From contig NC_043017.1 of assembly GCF_006345805.1 (NCBI RefSeq), positions 33,294,001-33,358,000 of the forward strand: a stretch of DNA of 64,000 bases. Reading direction: 5' to 3'. This stretch comes from Octopus sinensis. Its lineage: Eukaryota. Shown here piece after piece: positions 37,905-50,907 of the stretch. Positions within the stretch are counted from its first letter, which is position 1; each line of letters starts with the position of its first letter. The translations under genes and the position numbers were made by a program. A model generated the notes under the pieces. That model was not told the DNA's origin. It made no database searches and saw only the letters and a program-made list of their open reading frames with translations.

Positions 37905-38128
37905 TATGTGTGACCTCGTGAGTACCGCCGGCGATTTTTTTTTCCTCTGTCTTCCCTTCTCGGGATCTTTCCTTCTCCTATGTTTCCGACGAAGAGCTCC
38001 GCTCGAAACGTTAAACCCTCCTTCTTCCCTTCTTTCCTGAGCGTCCAATGATACTTCATTTGTTCCACGTCCTCGCGTGGTTGTGTTTTTTGGGGTTTTT
38101 TTGTGTTTTCTTGTTTGGATTAACTTTA
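37905..38128 (+). mobile_element. Short HHR-bearing repeat, family F1
   Basis: Homologous to 2140 and 39345; 3' end abuts (TA)n. Confidence 0.72.
37982..38016 (+). ncRNA. Variant-core minimal hammerhead (CCGACGA plus extra A)
   Basis: GTTT-CCGACGA-A-GAGC(TCC)GCTC-GAAA-CG-T-T-AAAC. Confidence 0.65.
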
Positions 38129-38163
38129 TATATATATAATATATATATATATATATAATATAT

Positions 38164-38220
<57 letters not shown>

Positions 38221-38221
<1 letters not shown>

Positions 38222-39237
38222 CGAGTAAGAGAATGGATATAATATTCAGGCAGATACCGAATTTCTCTGAGTAAAATGCTAAGTTTGGTTCCTTCAGATG
38301 CTGCGTTTTTTTGGTGGGTACACCTGTTTTAGTTCCCATCCACTGTTACAGTATTAATAACAAGGAGAATGAAGAATTCAAACATTCGAACTTCATGTCT
38401 CTATTACCTGTTAGTTTATTCATAATAATTGTCCTACATGTGTTTTGATTGCACTAACTGCATATTGTTAAATACTTATATGCAGTGATTTATGCATTAT
38501 TAGTACGGTCTCTTCAGGGCATATAAATATGACAATGTTGGAAGCTGAATTTTCCTCCGCTTTTAGTTTGAATTAGGCTTAGCAGTAGTAGTAAACCATG
38601 ACATTCTGCCATCTGATGTTTTTCTGCCATGAGATACCCCACCCTCTGACAAAATAGGGAACGAAAGATGCAATTTCTGTCTAGAGAAATTATACCAAAT
38701 ATATATTCAGAATGATAAATTAGTTAACACTTGGCAAGAAAGAACTTTTAATTGCTTACAAATACAACGTTTTCTTTTTAAAAATTTAAATAACAGAATG
38801 CATTAATTTATATAATCTCAATAAACTTTTTTCTCTAAACAGAACTAGAATAACTATAACAATAAGGACGCATATGAAGAACATTTTTGGACCCAAGGCT
38901 GGAAAAACAAAGTTTTGCAAAATAACTGCAAGCACAATTGCGAGTACATCACGTGTTTCTATAGCCTGCAATTTGAACACCCGTCTAGCTAAGCATCGAC
39001 TAACGATCTTTGAACTTGCTAACGCGCATGTCTGCCTAGCTGTCGAGTGAGACCCGGGATGCTGAACGGATGTTACGACATTCACTGTGGCGTCCGGTAC
39101 GCTAACCAGCAGTAGAATAACTGAAGCTGGCTCGTAAACCGAATGTTAGCTCGCAACTCAAAGCAAAACATCGGCCGAGAGACGATAAATATCTCGAAAA
39201 ACTCGTTAGTCGGGACACACGTAAATCAAGATACAAC
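38221..39237 (+). mobile_element. About 1-kb (TA)n-bounded element carrying a decayed GIY-YIG endonuclease
   Basis: 38663-38806 reads ERCNFCLEKLYQIYIQNDKLVNTWQERTFNC, aligning with KCNLCVSELFHILFARDRLVNGLLQSAFRC of ORF 505-1239; stops and frameshifts upstream. Confidence 0.65.
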
Positions 39238-39239
39238 TG

Positions 39240-39341
<102 letters not shown>

Positions 39342-39344
39342 TAT

Positions 39345-39550
39345 ATAGTTAATCCAAACATGAAAGCACAAAAAAACACAACAACGCGAGGACGTGGAAC
39401 AAATATAGCATTATTGGACGCTCAGCAAAAGAGGAAAGAAGGAGGGTTTAACGTTTCGAGAGGAGATCTTCGTCGGAAACATAGAAGGAAAGATCCAGAG
39501 AAGGGAAGGCAGAGGGAAAAAAATCGCCAACGGTACACACGCGGTCACAT
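39345..39550 (-). mobile_element. Short HHR-bearing repeat, family F1 (HHR at 39446-39480)
   Basis: GTTT-CCGACGA-A-GATC(TCC)TCTC-GAAA-CG-T-T-AAAC; 3' end abuts (TA)n. Confidence 0.7.
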
Positions 39551-40184
39551 TTTGAATATATATATGTGTGTGTGTGTGTGTGTGTCAACCTGTAAAGTCA
39601 TGTTTCCATGCGCTGCTAGGACATCTTCCGTCTAAGCCAGAAAAAAGGCTTTTTCGTTTGTTTTTCTCGTTTGTTTTCTTGTTTATTTTGATTTCTCGTA
39701 TTGTATTTTCTTTTTATTTCTCATTTTGTATTTTCTTGTACATGTATTTTTTATCTTGTATTTTATTGTGCAGTTTTTATTGTTACGTCCTGTTTGTGTT
39801 ACATTTTTTCTTGCTTGGTTTTACCCCTCTGCGAGGTAATTTTATTTTAATTCTCTCGCAGGAAGGCCTAGTTTTGACGAGTCGTGTCCCTTCGAAACAC
39901 GCTTAAGTCTGACTAGCGACAGCTGATCATTGGGGATTTTTCCTTGTGTAGCATGTCCTGTACTTTGTTTTTCTGTTGTAAAAAAATGTTTTTTCTGTTG
40001 TAAAAAAATGTTTTTCCCGTTTTCGTTTCTCGTTGAGTTCTACGTCTAGTTGTGGTGTCCTGTACTCACGTATATATATTTATATATGCATGTATATATA
40101 CATGTAGATGTAGGTACGTACATATATGTTTGTATGTATGCATATATTTTATTTATTACACTATATATATATATATTATATATA

Positions 40185-40320
<136 letters not shown>

Positions 40321-40331
40321 GATAGATAGAT

Positions 40332-40677
40332 AAAGAAATGGAGTTAAATGCAGGTGTTATTCAAATATTTATACTTCCGACAAATGTTTCGAAGAAACAT
40401 TGCTATTATTCCAGGGGGAATAAAATGATATAAAACAATGTAATTTTCTCATCAGTGAAAATAAGATAAACATCATCAATAAGCCATTTTAACCAAACAA
40501 ACCATTTTAACCGAATGGTTAAAATGGCTTATTGATGTTGTTCCTCTTTTCGCTGATGAGAAGATCGCATTGTTTTACATCATTTTATTCCCTCTGGAAT
40601 AATACCGATGTTTTCTTCGGAACATATGTCGGAAGCATAAAGATTTGAATAACACCTGCATTTAACTCCATTTCTTT
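40332..40677. repeat. Imperfect long inverted repeat; each arm is a relic hammerhead with a long stem II
   Basis: Minus-strand arm: CTGATGA (40449-40455)...GAAA-CATTTG-T-C. Plus-strand arm: CTGATGA (40553-40559)...GGAA-CATATG-T-C. Confidence 0.65.
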
Positions 40678-41053
40678 CTTTATTTGCATACAAAAACTTT
40701 TCACTAAACTCTGGAGTTTCTACGTTTATAAGTAGATAGTAACATCCTCGGTACTTATGTGAATTTTTTTGCAACCCTAGTAATTATTCATATATTTTTC
40801 CGTGTTATTTGTGCACATTGAAAAGATACACATACATTTATATACAAAAATAAGCAACAAGAATGAATACGGTAATTTAGTACAATTGTTTCATACTACA
40901 ACATTTTATTAAAAGCTGTAAATATTACAGCAGATTTAAGATGCCGAGTAATCTTCAGCTAATTTTATATAGGTTTTCAATAATATAAAGTTCTCAAATC
41001 AATTAATAACATCTTAGCGAAGATAAATATACAGATAAAGATGTAGATATGAA

Positions 41054-41555
41054 TCTTAGGAACATGAGGTAGTGTAGTTTAGATGCCAACTGAACAAAAC
41101 CTTGTTTACAACTGACTGTTGTAAGAAAATTTCTTTAGTTATAAGGATAGGGGTAAGGGCAGGTCAAGAATTCAAGTTAGTTGAAGAAAAGAAGAGGAAA
41201 ATTCAAGATACGTAAAAGAACGGATTGTCACTAGAACAAAGGGTCAATTTATTTATGTGGTGACAAAAAAATTTAGGTCAGTGTAGAAAGATCATTAAAT
41301 TCTTAGGAACATATGAGGTAGTTGGTCAGCTGCTAACTGACCAAACCTTACTTTCAACTGAAAAGCATCAGAATTTTTTAGTAGGAATTTAGGTAAGGGG
41401 ATGAGAAAGCATACTGTAAAAGGGGTTTAAGTTAGTAGAAAAAATGAAGAATTTAGAATACATGAAGGGAATTCAGGATGTCACTAGAACAAAAAGCTAT
41501 TTATTTTTATGTGGTGAGAAAAAATCTAGGTCAATGTCCAGAGGTCAATTAAATT
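41054..41555. repeat. Diverged tandem duplication, period about 247 bp
   Basis: TCTTAGGAACAT..GAGGTAG and GTCACTAGAACAAA...TATGTGGTGA...TAGGTCA each occur twice. Confidence 0.7.
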
Positions 41556-42674
41556 ATTTTACAAAGGGTAGGGGAACAAACCCTCATCTAATTTATTGTA
41601 GGTATCGTATTTTATAACTGGGGAAATGGTATTAAATATTAAAATTAGAATATATTTGGGGAAAGATGCAATTTTAAGATTATAGTGATGTTAATCTAGT
41701 TGACTATAAAAGTAAATTAAAGGTTAGTATAGTATATCTCATATATATATATATATTTTTTCTAGTTTCAACTCAGAGCTGCGGCCATGCTGGTGCACCG
41801 CCGTTATATATATATATATATATATATATTTACTGTTTACCTATATAATCGGCAGCTACGTATCCACAATTGTCCTTATACGATAAGATATTTTTTTCTC
41901 TAGCATTGATACGACTCTTAATCTGTCTCTTTTTCTCTCTCTCCTCTCCTCCCTTATTTCCCTTTCCTTTCTTTCCCTCTCCATCCGTCTCCCCCCCCCT
42001 TCTACGTTTCTCTATCTCTCTCCCTCCAGCCCCTTCGATCTTCTCTTTCTTCTCCTCCCTCGTCCACCTTCTCTCTCTTTTCATCTGTCCCTTTCTCCTG
42101 TCTTTTGTTCTCACGTGATCGCTAGCCGCTGTTGAGCGCTCTTTTCGTTTTCAGCAGCCGCAAAGCAACACGTATTTGTTCGTCTCCCCGTGGCCATTAG
42201 GCACAACTTCACAAGCCCGCCCCATACTCAACTCGTCCTGTCGAAAGACCCTGTCCTACGTCCTGTTTTGTTTGTGGTTATTTTTTATTTTTATTTTTAC
42301 CGTTATTGTTTTTACGTTTTTGTATTCTTATTGGTGTCACGTATTCTGTATTTTTGTTTATGTACTTCGTTCGTTTTCCGTCCTCGCGTTGTATACATTC
42401 GAAGCTTTCTTCCAGGGGATCTAATGCGCTTGGCTTAGATTTCCCTTGGCGGGCTGGCCATATCGGAGCAATTCAAGATAATCAGCCGAAATGCTAAGAT
42501 GATCTGGTTCTTGACTGATGACTGAGGGCTTCGAATGTCCGTCCTGTGGTTCTTGTGTCGTCTCTGTGGTGTTTCATGTTCTTGTCCATGTCTGTAATTA
42601 TTTTTAATGTTTACCTATATATAATATATATGTGTGGTGTGTGTGTTGTATGTATGTATATATATATATATATA

Positions 42675-42725
<51 letters not shown>

Positions 42726-43038
42726 GTTTCAGTTTCAGTCATCCTACTACTATCATGGCTCCTCCTCCGCCTTCTTCTTCTTCTTCTCCTTCTCTGCCAA
42801 GAATTCACCACAACCTCGAACTCGCAATGGTTACACAAGAGAGACAAAGACAGACAGAAATAAAGAAAATACCCTTTGTATTTGAATACTATGCAAATAT
42901 TCCTTTAAAACTTTTCTTTTAATTTTTCCAAAATTTAATTGTTTTCCAATACTTACAGTTGAAAAAGTCTCAGTGCCTGAAACCGGTACCGAAATGTTTT
43001 TTAGAAAATTGTTTTAGCATTTTCTACCTTTACTTTTT

Positions 43039-43084
<46 letters not shown>

Positions 43085-43102
43085 ATGTACATACATATAT
43101 AT

Positions 43103-43656
43103 ATGGTGGCTGCCCCCTCTTTATCGAGTATGGCCATTGCGCGAAGTTTAATCAATGTTGTTATCGTGCAATGCCTGTGCAAGAAGATTTTTTTTTAAAG
43201 TGAGGAAAGGCTGTGCACTGGTCAATCCCACTCACTAAGCAACAGCAGCCATAATCCGAAAAGAAGAACAAGTCAACATCATCGGTAACCACTGAGCCGC
43301 AGATTTTATGTCGGAGTTATCCCAGTTACCTGAGTTACCTTCTCCTAGAAGGATGCCCTAACAAAGGCGAGGAGTCCTTCTCTCCCAATGGTTTAATCGC
43401 GTGATCGGGTATTCAGTCCGATTATTTCTATGTCCCCGCGCATGATACAGCCTTAAGACATTTATTGGATGGCCGTTGACTCTCAAGATTTCCTCCGCCC
43501 TTTGATGGGTTTTATTTTCCCTCCCGCATGGTGTCCAATAAACATCCTCCTCACCAAGCAAGCTTGGTGGGGTTGCCGGTTTAGTCGCCGACGACCCGAC
43601 CATGCAACAGGTTGTACTGGGTTACATGTTACCAGTAGCACTCGAAAGTGACCTGA
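43103..43656 (-). mobile_element. Family R repeat (about 550 bp)
   Basis: Match to 19604-20148. Confidence 0.7.
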
Positions 43657-44602
43657 TATAACATATATATATACATAACATATATATATATACATACATA
43701 CACACACACACACACATATATATATGTGTGTGCGTGTGTGTGTATACATATAGTCAATTTGTTGTTTAAAATGCGCCTAAATTTGAAAAACCTGGTAATT
43801 GTTTTAAAATTCATTTATTTACATACATACCAAACGAGTTTCAACTATATTTTTTGTTTATCAATGGTAGAAATTTAGAATTATGAATTATAAAAGTTTT
43901 AATGTCGACAAGTTTAAATGTTCAAACAGCCAGTAATATAAAAACTGTCGATCAACAGTGTTAGTAGTGATCGACAAGAAATGAATATCATCAAAGTTTC
44001 AGTCATATTGAGTTAAGAGGGGAAAAATAAGGGAGAAATGAAGATGGTAAAAAAAAGGGATTTGGTTTACAGTCTCTGCGATTATCTTTCTGTCGTGTAC
44101 TGGAAATTTCGTTTGTAACGGTGTTATTTCGAATCCGGTGTATTTATAACTTTTTCACGAACGGATTTAATTTTTGATTCGTTAAATTACAAGTGACGTC
44201 TTGTTTTTTGGTGATCAGATTTAAGGTTCTGCCTGGTTGGCTTCCCTCTGGTTGATTCTCTTTAAAGGTCATTTAGTTGTATTTGCTGAGGTTCAGTTTT
44301 GATCGGAGGTATAATTTCCCTATATGAGAGACAGAAAAATTTTACGTATTAATATTTTTCTGGTCTTACTTTTAAAATTACTCGCCAGCAGCGAAATGGT
44401 TGGTTTTTAGCTTAGAAGCACAATTCCTTCGTTGGAATTTCGGCATCATCACACCATTGTTGTGTGTATTTATGTACGTGTGTATGTTCGTATGTATATG
44501 TGCAAAAGAATAAAAGAACATATTTCTATATATGTATGCATGTGTATATATATACATTAACATATCTATGTGAATGTGTATGTATGCATGTATGTATGAA
44601 TG

Positions 44603-45127
44603 TGGTAACATGTAACTGTTGTATGGTCGGGTCGTTCCTGACTAAACCGGCAACCCCACCAAGCTTGCTTGGTGAGGGGGGGGTGTTTATTGGACACCAT
44701 GCGGGATGAAAAACAAAACCTGTCAAAGGGCGGAGGAACTCTTGAGAGTCAACGGCCATCCAAGAAATGTCTTAAGGATGTATCATGTGCGGGGACATAG
44801 AAATAATCGGACTGAATACCCGATAGCGTGGTTAAACCATTGGAGTGAAGGACTCCTAGCCTTTGTTAGGGCATCCTTCTAGGAGAAGGTAACTCGGGTA
44901 ACTGGGAAAACTCCGACATAAAACCTGCGGCTCAGTGGTTACCGATGATGTTGACTTGTTCTTCTTTTCGGATTGTGGCTGCTGTTGCTTAGTGAGTGGG
45001 ATTGACCAGTGCACAGCCTTTCCTCACTTTAAAAAAAAATCTTCTTGCACAGGCATTGCACGATAACAACATTGATTAAACTTCGCGCAATGGCCACACT
45101 CGATAACGAGGGGGCAGCCGCCACCAT
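44603..45127 (+). mobile_element. Family R repeat, 5'-trimmed
   Basis: Match to 19604-20148. Confidence 0.7.
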
Positions 45128-45504
45128 GTGTGTGTGAGCATGTGCATGCATCTAGACAACTATATGGTTAAATATGTATACACCCACGGACATGTAGCTT
45201 TGGGTATAGATGTCAGTGCATAAGTTGTTCTTATTACTCATTAAACGCGTTCAATATGTCGTATACTTTGAAGGTACATCTGAAAGCTTGGAGCTGTAAT
45301 CTTTTGATTAGGAATGTTCTTTCCGGTTTTGTGAAACTCATCTTCTCCAAATTGTTACTGTTACAATTAGTCACGTAGACAATGATGAAATCATTATAAT
45401 TAAAGGACTATTGTCGAGATGAAATAGCTGGCTGCATGTATGTACTGTATATATTATACACACACACACACACACACACCACTTATACGCAAATACCTAC
45501 ATAT

Positions 45505-45687
45505 ATACATTCTTTTATTCTTTTATTTTGTTTCAGTCATTTCACTGCGAACAAATCGAACCCAGGACTTATTCTTTGTAAGCCTAGTACTTACTCTATC
45601 GCTCTCTTAAGCTGAACCGCTATGCTAAGGGGATGTGAACACACCGACGTCGGGTGTCAAGCGATGGTTTGGGGACAAACACAAACA

Positions 45688-45734
<47 letters not shown>

Positions 45735-45738
45735 TATA

Positions 45739-45788
<50 letters not shown>

Positions 45789-45962
45789 ATATATATATAT
45801 GCGACGGAATTCTTTCAGTTTCTGTCTACCAAATCCACTGACAAGGCCTTGGTCGGCCCGAAGCTATAGTAGAAGACACTTGCCAAGAAGCCACACAGTG
45901 GGACTGAACTCGAAACCATGTGGTTGGTAAGCAAACTACTTACCGCACAGCCACACCTGTAC
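45505..45962 (-). mobile_element. SINE family A (diverged)
   Basis: Match to family consensus. Confidence 0.8.
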
Positions 45963-46250
45963 CTATATATGTATATGTATTTTATATGTACATAGGTACA
46001 CACACACATAGACACACACATTCATACACGCGCACATACACAAATATTTTCTTTGCTCGACATCTCTAGAAATTTCAAGTGAAACTTTAAATCTCCATCT
46101 AAAATACTATCTCATTATTTTGGCAGCGCATCCTAAAAAATAAGCGTCATCACAAACTTAGTTTTGTTTTACGTTCTAGAGTGTTTATTCATATGAAATG
46201 ACGACATTTGTGTAGGATTTCGTAATATCTTACAGTACAGTATATTTCAG

Positions 46251-46660
46251 GGATCATTTCGGTTTGAACGGCAGTTTTTTCTAGCGGTGTCATATGAAAT
46301 TGTCACCCATAATTATGACCCTAGAATCGATCTATTGCATTTCAATCTGTTTTAGGGTTAAGGTTAGTTAGGGTTAGGGTTGGGGGGTATCTTTTTTTCT
46401 TCACAAATGTAAATATACCCAATCTGTTTCTTAAATTCATACGGCACAGAATGCTCTTTAACTCAATAGACGTCACTGATTGATTGAAATTGCAGAAATT
46501 GAAGAAAAAAACAACAAATATCTTACAAACCATAGAATTTTCTCAATAAAGCCAAGAGAAAAAGATGTTTTATAAACACATTCTACCATTATACGAAGTT
46601 TAAAATTTTTTAGTTACCTAGAAATTATGTTAAAAACTGCCGTTCAAACTGAAAAGATCC
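46251..46660. mobile_element. MITE with 29-bp TIRs and 8-bp TSD (Merlin-like), internal TTAGGG-like repeats
   Basis: TATTTCAG|GGATCATTTCGGTTTGAACGGCAGTTTTT...AAAAACTGCCGTTCAAACTGAAAAGATCC|TATTTCAG. Confidence 0.8.
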
Positions 46661-46865
46661 TATTTCAGTACATTTACTATTTTATCATTGTTGCGTGGAC
46701 GCCCCCACACGGTGAATTAGGTTAGCCCAATACGTAGATATAGAGGGAGAAGCCTAGACATCAGAGAGTCAGAGTGGAGTAGTAGCGTTGAGTAGAACGC
46801 ATCCGAACGTGCGACGTAACAATTATGTTTCGCAAGATACCAAAATAAAGATTATAAAAGAGAAT

Positions 46866-47252
46866 GGATGGAAGCACTCCGTCGGTTACGAAGACGAGGG
46901 TTCCGGTTGATCCGAATCAACGGAACAGCCTGCTCGTGAAATTAACGTGTAAGTGGCTGAGCACTCCACAGACACGCGTACCCTTAACGTAGTTCTCGGG
47001 GATATTCAGCGTGACACAGAGAGTGATAAGGCCGGCCCTTTGAAATATAGGTACAACAGAAACAGGAAGTAAGAGTGAGAGAAAGTTGTGGTGAAAGAGT
47101 ACAGCAGGGATCACCACCATCCCCTGCCGGAGCCTCGTGGAGCTTTAGGTGTTTTCGCTCAATAAACACTCACAACGCTCGGTCTGGGAATCGAAACCGC
47201 GATCCTACGACCGCGAGTCCACTGCCCTAACCACTGGGCCATTGCGCCTCCA
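46866..47252 (-). mobile_element. SINE family B
   Basis: Full-length match to 4248. Confidence 0.88.
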
Positions 47253-47939
47253 CATACAAGAGAATAATAGTATGGAAAGAGAAATGTTATGGATTCATCA
47301 GGACTTGCACTGCCAACTTTAAACAAACAAAAGCAACAAGGAATCAACGTGACAGTATAAATGTCATCATGCTAACGTTAAGTGAGCGTAACACGTTTAA
47401 AACTCTCAAGCGCGCATAATAAACTCATAGCAAATATGGAAAGACGACACGCCTAAGTGGATTCCGCATCACATTGTCACTTACCACACTCCAAAGCTTT
47501 TAACAAGCAAAGTGTTATAGTTACTGAATCAGTTGAAACATGATAAATCTCAGGAAATCACTCATATTTTCTGGGGGTTTTTTTGTTACCGGTTTGAAAA
47601 GTCCATGCAACGATTTAATCTCACTTGTATTTGAATAACTTAGGAATCCGATTGTAATGACATCGGGACTGCATCAAAATTCCCTGCACAACTGAAGGAA
47701 AAAGAAAACTGTTTTTAAATAGGAACGGATCTAGGATATTTAGAAAATATTTGCCCTCTAAATCTTTTATTCACTGTAGGAAATGATAACTGGATAATAT
47801 AAAGCAGCAAAAGATTATCTCATTTTCTTAGGGAGCAAGCACCAATTGTGACTCGAAAATTAAGCTATTGCAAATCGATCTTTCTAATTCTTGAAGTGAT
47901 ATGAAACGTGTCCCAAATCTTGTCTGTTCTATAGTAATG

Positions 47940-48456
47940 GGATCTTTTCTAAAAGATGGACAGAATTTTCTACTCAACTAAATAATTTGAAACTTCGTAT
48001 AATGGTAGAATGTGTCAAAAGAAAACATTAATTTCAATTAGTTTTTTTGAGAAAAATGTATTTTGTAACTTTTACGTAGTTTAATTCTTCGAATCTTAAC
48101 CAATCGTATTCTCTGTTTTGAGCTCAATTCCTTTTCTGCCGTGTTATTCATCCTTATCACTGTCTTCTGTTTTCTGTCTTCAAAGGCTTCTCGCATGTTT
48201 ATTTCAATGTCATCCCTGACTTACGGAAACGATTACCTGTGTGTGTGTGTTTTTGTTGTGTATGTGTGTGCGTGTGTGTGTTTGTTGTGTGTGTGTGTGT
48301 GATATTGTTGTGTATGCGTGTGTGTGTTTGTTGTGTGTGTGTGTGTTATTGTTGTGTATGTTAATTAATGTTTTCTTTTGACACATTCTACCAGTATACG
48401 AAGTTTCAAATTATTTAGTTAAGTAGAAAATTCTGTCCATCTTTTAGAAAAAATCC
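47940..48456. mobile_element. MITE with about 95-bp TIRs and 8-bp TSD (Merlin-like)
   Basis: TAGTAATG|GGATCTTTTC...AAAAAATCC|TAGTAATG; the TIR shares ACACATTCTACCA.TATACGAAGTTT with the 46251 MITE. Confidence 0.8.
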
Positions 48457-48997
48457 TAGTAATGTAACAGAAATTCTTTGGCTGCTCAGGATTTGTTTAC
48501 TGAATTTTGCGGTCAAACGTTATCACGAGAAATAAAAATTTGAGGCCTCAGGCACATCTATCTCTAGACAACACTCCCGAGCATTTAGTAATCTCAATTC
48601 ACTCCAAACATGGGTGCCTTCTCAAGTCGTTTCCTTTACTCGAAATATAACTTCAAAACTACAATCCATAGACTGTAGTTTAGGAAGTTCTCTCAGTTCA
48701 AGACATTATATTAGAATTAATCTAAGTCAGTTGATTATTGAGACTAGTGATAAATATCAGTTGTCAAAGAATTGTGGACAAATTATATTTATTCAAGCAA
48801 TACAAAAAAAAAAAAACAGCATTAAATTTCTTGGTGATAAATTGGAGAAAATTATGTCCAGTTGTAGGGTAGCAAGTAAATCAGTCTGTAGAGTGGTAAC
48901 AACCATATACCGTTTGAGCAAATCATGAGATTTGAAAGTGTTGCTGGTGATATGATGATAGTCAAATTTTATTCGCGTACTGATAACAAGACCCACG

Positions 48998-49058
<61 letters not shown>

Positions 49059-50041
49059 CATCAGTGAAAACTTTAAGGAATTAACAGAAACAGAAAGTGG
49101 TTAGATCTTATAGAGAAGAAATGATTTCTCCGCAACTGGCTTAATAGAAGTTTTATCTAAAAATTTTAATGAAATAACTCGTGTTTTAGAACGATTTTCA
49201 GAAAACTATCCAAATGTTGATTGAAGCATGTAAAAAATTAAAAGATGTGTAATAGTAGCTTTGAATTGTCTCTTGGGGACAATTAAGGCATCGCCATAAA
49301 AAGTCATAGAAGTCACATTTTAATAAAAATAAAATTTAAGTACCACATTTATTTTTAAGTATATTTCAGCTAATCCATAATCTAAAGTATGTGTTTATAT
49401 TTTATGACTTATGATTTTATTCAAAGGAATCATGATATGTAGGTTTGTTGAAGTCCACCGAATTTTTAGATAAGTGTGTTCTTTTCAAAAAGTATGAGAA
49501 CTAAGTTGCATAAAACTGTTTTATCTTCCTCTAACAGTGAAGTTACTGAAAGAGAAGTATGTGTATAGATGTTATATTTTCAGCAGTATGTGCGTGTATT
49601 TTTTATAGATATATTCAGTGAAACGTCGATCTGAGAGGAAAGACGACTTGTTGCCGTCGGAAAAATAGATGTACAAATACCAAGAGTATTGCAGTCGTCA
49701 TTGTGAACAGAGTGAAGAGATATTGCTAAGCAGAGTAAACAGGGACTGGGAGAAGCCGGTTGGAAAGATTAAAAGCAGAGGACTTGGTTGCTGGCATGAA
49801 GGTAGAAGGGAAATGCAGCAAGTAAGGGTGAGAGAAAAGGAGTAAATTATTCGGAGATAAACTCCATAGGGTAAGCTGCAAGTGAGAGAGAACAAAAGAA
49901 TTGACGAGATTGTAGGGTTTATAAGTTGTTGAGAGGCGTTGAAGATAGGATTTGTTTCTCTTCATGCTTTAAAAACATTTCCTTTTCTTTCCATATTTGG
50001 ATTAGATGTACTCTATGTATGTATGTGTGTGTGTATCTATA

Positions 50042-50119
<78 letters not shown>

Positions 50120-50169
50120 CCTGTACGTTAATAAATATTTAATAAAGTGGAATATCTACTAATATGTAC

Positions 50170-50551
50170 AACTCTTTTACTCGTTTCAGTCATTTGAGTG
50201 CGGCCATGCTGGAGCACCGTCTTTTTAGTCGAGCAAATCGACCCCAGGACTTATTCTTTGTAAGCCTAGCATTTATTCTATCGGTCTCTTTTGCCGAACC
50301 GCTAAGTAACGGGGACGTAAACATACCAGCATCGGTTGTCAAGCGATGTTGGGGGGACAAACGCAGACACACACATATATATATATATACGACGGGCTTC
50401 TTTCAGTTTCCGTCTACCAAATCCACCCGCAAGGCATTGGTCGGCCCGGGGCTATAGTAGAAGACACTTTCCCAAGGTGCCACGCAGTGGGACTGAACCC
50501 GGAACCATGTGGTTGGTATGCAAGCTACTTACCACAGCCACTCCTGCGCCT
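50170..50551 (-). mobile_element. SINE family A
   Basis: Full-length copy. Confidence 0.9.
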
Positions 50552-50822
50552 TAAAAATAAATTTAAGCTGCTGTTTACAAAGCCTCCACGGTAAAACTTT
50601 CCACAGATGAAAACACATCTTATTCTCTTTGCACACAGGAAAAGTATGAGACAGTCGTAATATTTCCCACTATTTGTTCATGTTTACATGTAACATTCTC
50701 ATACACATACAAACACACGTATGTATGTATGTATGTGTGTATGTATGTATGTATGTATGTATGTATGTATGTATGTATGTATGTATACAGTCTTGCAGAT
50801 GTCTACTCAAATTATACGATGT

Positions 50823-50903
<81 letters not shown>

Positions 50904-50907
<4 letters not shown>

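Noticed and set aside
38062-38090. HDV-like ribozyme suggested by ACG-TCCTCG-CGT (also near 39385 and 42375)
   Set aside because: No P1 partner, no P1.1 GG and no P4/J4-2 could be found
39850-39910. GAAGG/CCTTC-GAAA half-hammerhead (similar at 42445-42500 and 44405-44460)
   Set aside because: No CUGANGA-like core in the required position
45378-45442. Possible hammerhead ACA-ATGATGA...GAT-GAAA-TAGCTGGCTG-C-A-TGT
   Set aside because: Two core mismatches and only 3-bp stems; compatible with chance in AT-rich DNA
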